Assembly (NCBI GenBank): GCA_016934325.1
Contig: JAFGSV010000012.1
Location: forward strand, 44,373 to 108,372
Direction of reading: 5' to 3'
DNA length: 64,000 bases
Source of the DNA: Candidatus Aenigmatarchaeota archaeon
GTDB lineage: Archaea; Aenigmatarchaeota; Aenigmatarchaeia; QMZP01; JAFGSV01
The notes beneath the pieces were generated by a model that saw only the letters and a list, made by a program, of their open reading frames with translations, ran no database searches and was not told where the DNA came from. A program made the translations under genes and the position numbers. This document shows positions 1 to 9,285 of this stretch, one piece after another. The number at the start of each line of letters is the position of its first letter. The stretch's first letter is position 1.

Positions 1-3000
1 GGAACGACGACCTGGATTACAACGACACAGGCGAGGGGTGGATCAACATGAGCTTCAATGCAAGCAGCGGGTTCTGGGAGAACATGACGAACTTAACATA
101 CAAGGGAATCCTTAATTTCCAGGTGAACTGCACGAGCCCCAGCTACGATAACCTGCTGCTGACAGACAGCGTGTCGATAAACAATACGGGCCCCTGCATT
201 TTTGGGAGAATAGGGGGACTCAGCACGAATCCCCTCCCCCCGATCACATGCTACGAGAACTCGATCTGCAGCTACGATTTCAGCCAGAACTGCACCGATG
301 ACGACCAGAACGACCTGGGCTCATTGACGTATGACTATAACGTCCTTGCCAAGTACGATCCTTATTTCGGCATGACGGCGGAGGGTGTCCTGCAGGTGAA
401 CATCACGAACCTGTCGTCATCGCAGCTCATCAACGTCCAGCTGTTCGTGGCTGACGACGAGACCCCCACCTCGACGAGCATGAACATCACGGTGAACCCC
501 ATCAACGACGCCCCGCTGTTCGACACGCTGCCTACCGGGGCGACGGAGGACCTGGAGTTCAACTCATCGAGCCCCGGGGCCATAATCACGGCCACGGACG
601 AGGAGGGCGATTACCCCCTGAACATCAACATAAACATAACCGGCTGCGACAAGGCAAGCTGGGTGTCTGGGCCGTGGAGGGACAACTGCACGCTTTTCTC
701 ATGGAACCAGACCTCGGGCACCACCGCCGAGATCCTGAATTTCACCCCGACGAACTGGGATGTGGGCGATTATACCGTCAATTTCACTGTTATCGACTCG
801 GGTGACACGATCCAGCCCCATAACGCCACCTATTCGACGGAGATAACGTTCACGGTGGCCAACGTCAATGACAGGCCGAACATAACCGCCGTCAACGGCA
901 CCGACATCGTGCTGTTCCAGGGCGACGCCATGTATCTTGTGTTCAACGGCACCGACATAGAGAACGATACCCTGAATTTCACAGCGATAACCCTGTACCA
1001 GAACCTGTCCGCTTTGAATAACACGGAGCTCTTCCCCATCACCAAGAACGATACCATGTATCCCAATGAGTCCGCTTACGGCATAATGGATTTCATAATC
1101 TCGAACGGGCAGGTGGGCAACTACACCATCAACGTCACCGTGATGGACAACGGCACCAGTCCAGACAACCTGACCGACTACATCCTGGTGAACGTCACCA
1201 TATACAACACGAACGACCCTCCCGCACTGGAGAATTTCTCGGACTCGTGGCTCGCCATACAGGAAGAGGAGTCGCTATTCTATTTCAACGCGAGCGATCC
1301 GGACTTCCTGACCGTCTACCTCGACAATCTTACGTTCGGATTCAATTTCACCGCCTGCTCGACGCTCAACGGCAGCGGTAACTGCAACGATTTCGGGGAG
1401 AACTCGACCTTCGCCATCACGAAGCTCGGCAACACCTCGGCGTATTTCCGGATAATAGCCGAGAGGGACGACACCGGTAACTACACGCTGAACCTGACGG
1501 TAACTGACAGCGGCGGACTCGTGAACTGGACCTGCATCAACCTGACGGTGGTGCCCGACTGGGCCCCGTCCATCAACGCGCCATCGTACCTTGAGATGAA
1601 CCAGGCGGAGGACTTCTGGTTCGTCTTCAACGTGACGGACGCCGAGAACGACACTCTGAACATCACGCACAGGACCCTATACCGCAACCTGACTTTTCTT
1701 TCATTCTCGCTGTTCTTCATCAACTTCAGCAATGCCACATACCCCCCTTATTACAACGCAACGATGAACTACACCCCCGTCTCGAACGACCAGGTGGGTA
1801 ACTATACAATCGAGGTCAACGCAACGGATGTCTGGAACAGGACGTCGGGCCATCTGCTCAACGTGACGGTATGGAACGTGAACGACAACCCTCAGGTGAT
1901 AAACTTCACTTCCTGCTACGATCCGGACGTCACGTATCCCCTGGACCTCACAGTCCCAGAGAATGCCCAGAACTGCTTCCTCCTCACGAATCCCGATTTG
2001 GACCTGCTGACGCCATATGGGGATGATTTGACGTATGTCTTCACTTTTAAGTCGTGCAGCGCCAGCGGCACCCTGCCGCCAGGGGGCAACTGCTCGGGGA
2101 GCATACCTTTCTCGGAGTATGGCGAAGTCGGGATGCTCAACTTCACGGCCGATGACGAGTCCTGGCAGGGCAACTACTCATACAACCTCTCCTTCACCGA
2201 CGGCGAGGGCGCGTACGCATCCGCGATCATAAACATATCGATCTACGCCGTGAACGACCCCCCGACGCTGGTATCCCTGGCGATCGAGAATTCGAGCAGC
2301 AACGGCACCAAAACGACCTATTACTTCCCCATAAACGATGCCATACCTTTCACGGAAGGGCAGGATTATAACCTGACGCTGACCGCGGTTGACGAGGAGG
2401 ACAACACCCCGCTTTATTATGACGTCAGCTTCACATGCATTCTTGACACGCCCGGGCCGTGCGGCCTTTTCTCATTCAACGGGACGACAGGTGAGGCAAA
2501 CCTGACCCCGGCGGACCTGCAGACCGGCAACTACACGGCAAACATGACCGCGAAAGACAGCGGCACCGTCACGGCGCCGCACAACGCCACTGGCTGGGAA
2601 CTGGTGAACATGACGGTGTTAGCCACGAACGACATCCCCAACATCGTGCTCTGGTCATGCCAGAACAGCGACTGCAGCAATCTCATGGAAGGGACGAGCA
2701 AGCTGTTCTGGCACAGGGCTAACGACCCGGATGGTCAGCCCCTCACATGCTACTTCTATCTGGACTGGATGCAGCCCACGCAAAGGCTGACCGAGACGAA
2801 GACCAACTGCAACTCCACCTCGAACGTCATGCACTGGTTCGCTCCCGGCTACGATGACGCCCTCAACTACACCAACGCCACCAGGAACTTCACCCTGGTG
2901 GCCGAGGATACCTTGGGCCTGAAGAATAACAAGACCCTCCTCATAAACATCTACAACGTGAACAGGCCGCCAAGGCTCGCGATGAACATATCTACCCCGA

Positions 3001-3986
3001 TAACCTGGCAGTCCAGGACCTCCATGACCGCCATAGACCTTGACAACTATTTTGAGGATGACTACGGGGAGGTCCTCTCTTACTCGTACCAGGGAGCCTC
3101 CAACGTCGATGTGGCGATTAACCCGATAACCAACGAGGTGACCCTGACCCCAAAGGGCGGCTGGTACGGCACCGACTGGATCGTGTTCGTGGCGAACGAC
3201 TCCGCGCTCACCAACACCTCCAACAACGTCACCCTGATGGTAATCTACAAGCCGCCGGAGACCGTGCCCTCCCCAAGCACTTCATACCCGAGCCCCAGGG
3301 TGGCATCCCTGGAGATAATGGTGCCCGAGATCATCACCCTCGAGGCGGGCCGGAGCACCCTGGCGAAGGTGGTCCTGCATAACGACGGCCAGTACGACCT
3401 GCTTGGCATAAACCTCTCGGCCATCACGAACGAGACGAACATAAGCCTTGCGCTGATGCAAACGTTCTTCCCGGAGATAAAGATCGGTTACAACGCAACC
3501 ACATGGCTCAACATATCCACGGGAGAGCTCAACGTGAACGAGACATACCTGGTCCAGCTGCTCGGGGACGTATCATACCCGGACATAACGGAGAGCGCAA
3601 CCGTTACCATAAGGCCCCTGCGCACGAACAAGACGGACGTGATAGTGAAGATAATCCTAGTCAAGGACATGTTCGAGGAGAACCCGGAGTGCATGGAGCT
3701 TTTCGGCCTCATACTCGAAGCGGAGGAGGCCCTGAACAGGGGGGACATAGCCGAGGCAAGGAGGCTGACGCAGCTCGCCATAGACAACTGCCAGGACATG
3801 ATCGACTATGCGGCCCTGAGGAGGAACCAGACCGCCTCCAAGCCTCCGTCGACGGTCGGGCAGATAATAATGAACCCCCTTTTCATAATGGGGTTCGTGC
3901 TGGCGCTGCTCGCGTTCAGCATGCTCGGGTACTGGCTCATGATAAGAAGGCAGCAGCCGATTGGGACGGCACAGGCCGTGGAATAG
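1..3986 (+). CDS. Large surface glycoprotein/adhesin with tandem cadherin/Ig-like repeats and a C-terminal membrane anchor (5'-partial)
   Basis: The frame is open from the window edge. Repeated ~110-aa beta-rich units end in (V/I)ND-x-P (PINDAP, NVNDRP, NTNDPP, NVNDNP, AVNDPP, ATNDIP, NVNRPP), with Dx(D/E)xD acidic motifs, very dense N-x-S/T sequons and a C-terminal TM helix (LFIMGFVLALLAFSMLGYWLMI-RR). Confidence 0.8.
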   Translation, partial: NDDLDYNDTGEGWINMSFNASSGFWENMTNLTYKGILNFQVNCTSPSYDNLLLTDSVSINNTGPCIFGRIGGLSTNPLPPITCYENSICSYDFSQNCTDDDQNDLGSLTYDYNVLAKYDPYFGMTAEGVLQVNITNLSSSQLINVQLFVADDETPTSTSMNITVNPINDAPLFDTLPTGATEDLEFNSSSPGAIITATDEEGDYPLNININITGCDKASWVSGPWRDNCTLFSWNQTSGTTAEILNFTPTNWDVGDYTVNFTVIDSGDTIQPHNATYSTEITFTVANVNDRPNITAVNGTDIVLFQGDAMYLVFNGTDIENDTLNFTAITLYQNLSALNNTELFPITKNDTMYPNESAYGIMDFIISNGQVGNYTINVTVMDNGTSPDNLTDYILVNVTIYNTNDPPALENFSDSWLAIQEEESLFYFNASDPDFLTVYLDNLTFGFNFTACSTLNGSGNCNDFGENSTFAITKLGNTSAYFRIIAERDDTGNYTLNLTVTDSGGLVNWTCINLTVVPDWAPSINAPSYLEMNQAEDFWFVFNVTDAENDTLNITHRTLYRNLTFLSFSLFFINFSNATYPPYYNATMNYTPVSNDQVGNYTIEVNATDVWNRTSGHLLNVTVWNVNDNPQVINFTSCYDPDVTYPLDLTVPENAQNCFLLTNPDLDLLTPYGDDLTYVFTFKSCSASGTLPPGGNCSGSIPFSEYGEVGMLNFTADDESWQGNYSYNLSFTDGEGAYASAIINISIYAVNDPPTLVSLAIENSSSNGTKTTYYFPINDAIPFTEGQDYNLTLTAVDEEDNTPLYYDVSFTCILDTPGPCGLFSFNGTTGEANLTPADLQTGNYTANMTAKDSGTVTAPHNATGWELVNMTVLATNDIPNIVLWSCQNSDCSNLMEGTSKLFWHRANDPDGQPLTCYFYLDWMQPTQRLTETKTNCNSTSNVMHWFAPGYDDALNYTNATRNFTLVAEDTLGLKNNKTLLINIYNVNRPPRLAMNISTPITWQSRTSMTAIDLDNYFEDDYGEVLSYSYQGASNVDVAINPITNEVTLTPKGGWYGTDWIVFVANDSALTNTSNNVTLMVIYKPPETVPSPSTSYPSPRVASLEIMVPEIITLEAGRSTLAKVVLHNDGQYDLLGINLSAITNETNISLALMQTFFPEIKIGYNATTWLNISTGELNVNETYLVQLLGDVSYPDITESATVTIRPLRTNKTDVIVKIILVKDMFEENPECMELFGLILEAEEALNRGDIAEARRLTQLAIDNCQDMIDYAALRRNQTASKPPSTVGQIIMNPLFIMGFVLALLAFSMLGYWLMIRRQQPIGTAQAVE

Positions 3987-3992
3987 GGGCGG

Positions 3993-5255
3993 TCACTTGC
4001 GCTTGAGCTTCCTCAGGGCGTAATTTATCGGATTCTTGATGCTCTTCCTGCTACCTCCGCAGAGACCGTCGGGCTTGCACACCCCGAAGTCCTCGTAATA
4101 CCCGAGATTGGCGCAATTCGGCGGAGGCAGCGGCTTCCCCCTGCTCTTGTGCCATCTCGCCTGCCCCCTCACGTAGCTCTCCCTCAGCGGTGGGCTGTTC
4201 TTCTCGTTCCACTTCACCAGGAATTCGATGATGTCGTCCCAGCCCCATTTGAGAGACGAGAGGTAGTTGAGCAGGATGAATAGGCTCCTCTTCTTCCCGT
4301 CGGACAGCCCCTTCAGCATGTTCTGGATGCAGGGGGGCGCGAGCTCGATGGGGACGGCCCTGTCCAGGGTGATCTCGCGGCGGGGCCCCCTCTCCCTGCT
4401 GGACTTCTCCTTGACCCACCAGTCGACCGCTTCTACCACAAGCATCGCCGCCTCATTCTCGTCAGCCTCGGCAAGCCAGCCCCTGCCCGCACGCACATGC
4501 TCGGGGGAGGCGTCCTGCGGCCTGAAAGCATCGAGCTCTCCGGGATCCACGGGCACGGAAACGAGATGGCTCTTCTCGTGCAGCGAATAAGGCATCCTGA
4601 ACAGGTGCCTGGGGGATATCAGTATGGGGTCAACGTTGGCCACCTTGTAGGGGTCGATCCCCTCCGGGGTGATGATGTCGCCGACCTGCTGGCCTGTCTC
4701 CTCGGCGAGATGCTCGATCCCCCATCTCTTCAGCAGGGCCCTCTCCAGCGCCTCCCTCGCGAACCCCCTGAGGTACTGGGCTATCCTCCTGGCGAGCTCG
4801 GGGTACTGCTCGCTGGTCATCCCGTAGTCGACGACGCTCGGCATGGCCTCGAAAGGGATGCCTATGTGGAAGCCCGTCCCCCCGGTGAACTTTACATACA
4901 CGCTGCGCAGGCCGTGCTTCCTGAGCGCATCGATGAACACCTGCACCGCCACCTTCCCGTGCTCCGTGCGCTCGCAGTCTATGTCGAGGATGAGGTCCCA
5001 GCCGACCCTCGTGCTCTCGTAGTTCTCGGTGCCGACGACCATAGGGTTGGCCCACCTCTCGAGCGAGCCGTGGAAGGCCACGGCCCCTCCCCTGACCTGC
5101 ACCATGATGTCCTTCGGGTAGACCAGCGTGTTCGGCCTTGTCGAGAATCCGCCGTCCTTGAAAACGGCGACGACCTCCCTCCTCTCCGCCGCCTGCAAGA
5201 GCGCCTGCTGGACGTCCTGCCTTGAATAGTAATCGAAGATGCCCTTCCGGTTCAT
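3993..5255 (-). CDS. Fused DNA primase (PriS catalytic domain plus PriL C-terminal Fe-S domain), DPANN type
   Basis: AEP motifs DLILDID and KFTGGTGFH; C-terminal PriL-like four-Cys domain (PPCI...PPPNC...GVC...GLC...KNPINY); adjacent to gins15. Confidence 0.88.
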   Translation of the reverse strand: MNRKGIFDYYSRQDVQQALLQAAERREVVAVFKDGGFSTRPNTLVYPKDIMVQVRGGAVAFHGSLERWANPMVVGTENYESTRVGWDLILDIDCERTEHGKVAVQVFIDALRKHGLRSVYVKFTGGTGFHIGIPFEAMPSVVDYGMTSEQYPELARRIAQYLRGFAREALERALLKRWGIEHLAEETGQQVGDIITPEGIDPYKVANVDPILISPRHLFRMPYSLHEKSHLVSVPVDPGELDAFRPQDASPEHVRAGRGWLAEADENEAAMLVVEAVDWWVKEKSSRERGPRREITLDRAVPIELAPPCIQNMLKGLSDGKKRSLFILLNYLSSLKWGWDDIIEFLVKWNEKNSPPLRESYVRGQARWHKSRGKPLPPPNCANLGYYEDFGVCKPDGLCGGSRKSIKNPINYALRKLKRK

Positions 5256-5381
5256 GTGTATGATATTTCCGGCCGGGATTTATAGCTTTTACTTTTCTCC
5301 CACTTGCCATGGGCGGCAGGAATCTGCCGGCAGGGATCATGTTTTTTTAAAATATCCGAATAATTATTATCCGGTGTTCAA

Positions 5382-5894
5382 ATGATAACCTACGAGACCC
5401 TGCGCAAGATAGAGCGGGACGAGAGGGTTTCCAACAAGCTGGCCCAGCTGCCCGAGCGCTTCCTTTTCGAGGTCCAGGACTACCTGCGCAAGAAGGAGGC
5501 CATGTCCAGGGAGAAGGGCGACAGGTGGGAGCTGCAGACGGCAAAGCAGCGCTTCGAGAACATCATGCAGCTCAGGGAGAGGAAGATAATAAACTTCACA
5601 CTCTCCTTCGTCCGTTCCGGCGCCATGCCGGAGAACATGGTGCCCGAGGAGAGGGAGATGTTCGACTCCATCGCGAAGAGGGTCAAGGAATTCCAGGACA
5701 AGAGGGAGAAGGCCATGACCGGGGAGAAGGCGAGCTTCAAGACAGTCGCTTTCCTGCAGCAGCTGCCCCAGTTCGTGGGCATAGACATGGGATATTACGG
5801 CCCGTACCAGCAGGGCGACATCGCAACGGTCCCCGCGGACAACGCCATGGTGCTCGTCGAGAAGGGGGCCGCAGAGCTCGTCGAGGGAGGGTAG
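5382..5894 (+). CDS. GINS complex subunit Gins15/Gins51
   Basis: ITYETLRKIERDER N-terminus, RERKI motif, C-terminal B-domain PQFVGIDMGYYGPY..GDIATVP.DNA.VLVEKG; primase-GINS-L44e context. Confidence 0.88.
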   Translation: MITYETLRKIERDERVSNKLAQLPERFLFEVQDYLRKKEAMSREKGDRWELQTAKQRFENIMQLRERKIINFTLSFVRSGAMPENMVPEEREMFDSIAKRVKEFQDKREKAMTGEKASFKTVAFLQQLPQFVGIDMGYYGPYQQGDIATVPADNAMVLVEKGAAELVEGG

Positions 5895-6017
5895 GATGAA
5901 GCCGCCTCCCGGCTGCCCGGGCGCAATTCCCCGCACAATAAATTTATTAACCTATCGGCACCATTAATAGAAAATTATCAGAAAAATATCATCTGATCAT
6001 CAGGGAGGCTGGATGCC

Positions 6018-6311
6018 ATGAAGTACCCGAAGAGCATGAGCATGTACTGCCCGAAATGCATGCGGCACACGGAGCACACGGTCAGCCTCAGCAAGAGGCT
6101 CGGCAGGGGCTTGGCCCACCCCACGTCCAAGGCTCAGAGGAGATTCAAGGCCAAGCTGAGGGGCTACGGCTCCTTCCCCAGGCCGAACCCGCACGGGGAC
6201 GGCAAGCCGACGAAGAAGGTGGACCTCAGGTACAAGTGCAAGGAGTGCAAGAAGATGCATACCAGGAGCGGGTTCAGGGCCAAGAAGTTCGAGATAAGGG
6301 GAAAGCAGTAA
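6018..6311 (+). CDS. rpl44e: 50S ribosomal protein L44e (eL42)
   Basis: MKYPK..YCPKC..HT.H, KPTKKVDLRYKCKECKK. Confidence 0.96.
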   Translation: MKYPKSMSMYCPKCMRHTEHTVSLSKRLGRGLAHPTSKAQRRFKAKLRGYGSFPRPNPHGDGKPTKKVDLRYKCKECKKMHTRSGFRAKKFEIRGKQ

Positions 6312-6322
6312 GGAAGGTGCCC

Positions 6323-6784
6323 ATGATCGATCAGGTCGCCAGAGGGGTTTCAAAGACGTATAGCATAGAAGGAAAGGATTGCGCCTTCTTGACCAGCGGC
6401 CAGATCGACGGGGGCGGCGGATGGTATTTCACCGATACCTTGGAAAGGGTTCCTGTTTTCTACGCGACCGTCCTGGATTCGTTGCGTGATGATGAGGCCG
6501 GCGAACCCAGGGTGATGCATGAGGGCGAACCGGCGGTTGATTCATACCTGGCGGATTTAACGGATGAAGATGGCGTGGTCCATGAGGATCTCAATCCGAG
6601 GTCCGGGCCGGAGGAGGTGGGGTTCAAGCCTAGAGAGAGCCAGCTCGACTACGACGACCCCGAGGAGCCCATCGGCTACGAAAATGACCTTGACGTGGTC
6701 ATCTTCTATCCGGGCGGATGGCCCGATATCGACGATGAGAAAAGCGCGGACAATACAGACAACCCGCTCAGGATTGCCGCCTGA
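6323..6784 (+). CDS. Acidic hypothetical protein (153 aa)
   Basis: ATG at 6323 after an AAGGTG SD-like motif directly behind the rpl44e stop; fills the gap before rps27e; very D/E-rich; no recognisable family. Confidence 0.6.
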   Translation: MIDQVARGVSKTYSIEGKDCAFLTSGQIDGGGGWYFTDTLERVPVFYATVLDSLRDDEAGEPRVMHEGEPAVDSYLADLTDEDGVVHEDLNPRSGPEEVGFKPRESQLDYDDPEEPIGYENDLDVVIFYPGGWPDIDDEKSADNTDNPLRIAA

Positions 6785-6858
6785 CGGGGGATGCCAGAAC
6801 GGAAGGGGCCCTCATTAACGGCATCCATTTTAATATTTGCGCATGATAATGTGATAAC

Positions 6859-7026
6859 ATGGCATCGGAATTCTACAAGGTGAAGTGCAAGGACTGCAAG
6901 AACGAGCAGGTGATATTCTCCAAGGCCGCCAGCGAGGTCAAGTGCCTCGTGTGCGGCACCGTCCTGGCTAAACCGGGCGGCGGCAGGGCTAGCGTCCAGT
7001 CCAAGATACTCAAGGCCGTCGAATAA
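6859..7026 (+). CDS. rps27e: 30S ribosomal protein S27e (55 aa; absent from the ORF track)
   Basis: Hand translation MASEFYKVKCKDCKNEQVIFSKAASEVKCLVCGTVLAKPGGGRASVQSKILKAVE; CxxC-CxxC ribbon; L44e-S27e-aIF2a synteny. Confidence 0.96.
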   Translation: MASEFYKVKCKDCKNEQVIFSKAASEVKCLVCGTVLAKPGGGRASVQSKILKAVE

Positions 7027-7061
7027 GGTTTTTAAATATCTCTCCTTTCTATTCTAATCTT

Positions 7062-7832
7062 ATGAGAAACCCAGGATTCCCGGAAAGGGGCGAGCTGGTC
7101 GTTTGCGAGATCAGCAAGATCAACCCCAACTCAGCTTTCGCCAACCTGCTCGAGTACGACAGGTCCGGTATGATCCACGTTTCAGAGGTCGCGAAGAGGT
7201 GGGTCAGGAACATCAGGGAGTTCGTGAAGCAGAACCAGCTCGTCGTGTGCAAGGTCATAAGGGTCGACGACAGCTACATCTCCCTGTCAATAAAGAGGGT
7301 CAACAAGAACCAGGCGGACAGGAGGCTGCAGGAGTACAAGAGGGAGAAGAACGCCGAGAAGTTCCTCGAGATCGTCGGCAAGCAGCTCGGCTTGGACCTC
7401 GACAAGACCTACGATGCGGTGGGTAACCAGCTGCTTGAGCAGTTCGGCTCCATGCACAGGACCTTCGAGATAGCGCTCAAGAACCCGGAGCTGCTGACCG
7501 AGAAGGGGATCGACAAGAAGTGGGCTGCCGCTTTGATTGACATCGCGAAGAAGAACTTCGTCCAGAAGACCTACGAGGTCAAGGCCGAGCTGACCCTGAC
7601 CTGCCACGCTCCCGGGGGCATTGACATGATAAAGGGGACCCTGCAGACGGTCGCCGGCAAGGGCCTGCAGGTGAGGTACATCTCCGCCCCGAAGTACAAC
7701 GTCGTCGGCAGGGGGGAGAACATCAGGGAGGTCAAGGAGCTGGTCGAAGGGGCATGCGAGGAAGCGGTGAGGTCGATCGAGGGCGCGGGAGGCGAGGGTA
7801 GCTTCACGCTTGCTGGCAAGAACGAACAGTAA
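7062..7832 (+). CDS. eif2a: Translation initiation factor 2 alpha subunit (aIF2-alpha)
   Basis: FPERGELVVC S1 domain, IHVSEVAKRWVRNIRE, YISAPKY. Confidence 0.95.
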   Translation: MRNPGFPERGELVVCEISKINPNSAFANLLEYDRSGMIHVSEVAKRWVRNIREFVKQNQLVVCKVIRVDDSYISLSIKRVNKNQADRRLQEYKREKNAEKFLEIVGKQLGLDLDKTYDAVGNQLLEQFGSMHRTFEIALKNPELLTEKGIDKKWAAALIDIAKKNFVQKTYEVKAELTLTCHAPGGIDMIKGTLQTVAGKGLQVRYISAPKYNVVGRGENIREVKELVEGACEEAVRSIEGAGGEGSFTLAGKNEQ

Positions 7833-7877
7833 CGGACCGGTTTGAACGGGCTTTGGTATCATGGGAATGGTGGATTA

Positions 7878-9212
7878 ATGGTTCTGGACAGTTTCGGCGG
7901 ATCGCTGAAGAAGATATTCAGCAGGATAACGGGATATTCTCTTGTGGACAAGGAGAAGGTGGAGTCGGTAATAATCGAGCTGCAGAGGGCCCTCATACAG
8001 GCGGACGTGGACGTGGGCCTCGTGGCGGAGCTTTCGGAGCGCATCAAGAAGAGCGTCCTGCATGAGAAGCTGCCTCCGAGCATGACGCTCAAGGAGGTTC
8101 TGGTGAAGGGGCTGTATGACGAGCTGGTATGGTTACTGGGCGAGAAGCCGGCAGTGGTTCAGCTCAAGGGCCAGAGGATACTGCTGATAGGGCTTTTCGG
8201 TTCCGGCAAGACGACCCACGCGGGCAAGATAGCCAAATGGTTCCAGGCAAGGGGCATGCAGGCGGGCATGGCAGCGTGCGACACGCACAGGCCGGCGGCC
8301 CGGGACCAGCTGGCCCAGATCGGGAAGAAGATAAAGGCGCCAGTCTACGCCGACGGGAAGAAGCCGCTGGATATAGCCAAGAACGCCATGAAGAAGAGCA
8401 AGGAGGCAGTGCTCATCTTCGATTCCGCCGGGAGGGACGCACTCGACAATGAGCTGGCAGAAGAGCTGCGCGAGCTGGGCAAGGCGATCAAGCCGGACGA
8501 GGTGTGGCTGGTCATACCGGCAGAGCTGGGGCAGGACGCTGGCAGGCAGGCCAGCGAGTTCAGCAAGCTCGTAGGCATAACGGGAATAGTCGTCACCAAG
8601 CTGGACGGGACAGCGAAGGGCGGCGCCGCACTGGCAGCGTGCAGGGCGGCGGGAGCGAGCGTCAAGTTCATCGGGAAGGGCGAGCAGCCTGGCGACATCG
8701 AGCTTTACGACCCGAAGAGGTTCATAGGCAGGCTCATAGGATACGGCGACCTTGCGGGCCTGATGGAGAAGGCGAAGGAGATCGGCATAGACGAGGACGC
8801 CGCGAAGAGGATGCTTGAGGGCAAGTTCACGATGCATGAGTTCCAGGAGCAGCTCAAGTCGATGAAGGGCATGGGCCCCCTGAACAAGGTCATGGACATG
8901 ATCCCCGGGGCGTCGTCCGGCCTGATGAAGAAGCTGCCGAAGGGCTTCATGGACATCCAGGAAGGCAAGATGAAGAAGTGGGAGCACATAATCAAGTCCA
9001 TGACCCCCGCCGAGAAGGAAGACCCCGATACCATAAACGTGAGCAGGGTCAAGAGGATCGCGGCCGGCTCGGGCACCAGCCAGCAGGAGGTCAGGGAGCT
9101 GCTGAAGAGCTACAAGCAGATAAAGAAGGTCATGAAGCTCACGAAGGGCGGCAAGGCCTTCAAGAGGGGCCCCTTCGCGAAGCTCGCGAAGCAGCTGGGG
9201 ATGGGCATGTAG
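7878..9212 (+). CDS. srp54: Signal recognition particle protein SRP54
   Basis: ALIQADV, GLFGSGKTT, DTHRPAA, DSAGR, TKLDGTAKGG, M-domain SRVKRIAAGSG. Confidence 0.96.
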   Translation: MVLDSFGGSLKKIFSRITGYSLVDKEKVESVIIELQRALIQADVDVGLVAELSERIKKSVLHEKLPPSMTLKEVLVKGLYDELVWLLGEKPAVVQLKGQRILLIGLFGSGKTTHAGKIAKWFQARGMQAGMAACDTHRPAARDQLAQIGKKIKAPVYADGKKPLDIAKNAMKKSKEAVLIFDSAGRDALDNELAEELRELGKAIKPDEVWLVIPAELGQDAGRQASEFSKLVGITGIVVTKLDGTAKGGAALAACRAAGASVKFIGKGEQPGDIELYDPKRFIGRLIGYGDLAGLMEKAKEIGIDEDAAKRMLEGKFTMHEFQEQLKSMKGMGPLNKVMDMIPGASSGLMKKLPKGFMDIQEGKMKKWEHIIKSMTPAEKEDPDTINVSRVKRIAAGSGTSQQEVRELLKSYKQIKKVMKLTKGGKAFKRGPFAKLAKQLGMGM

Positions 9213-9285
9213 ATGCGATGCATCGCCTTCCGTTTCTGCGACGATTCCCCATCGGATATAAATCACCCTTATTCAATTGATTCTC

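Noticed and set aside
9215-9226. Perfect palindrome GCGATGCATCGC after the srp54 stop
   Set aside because: A single short palindrome, plausibly a terminator or chance; no further copies noticed.
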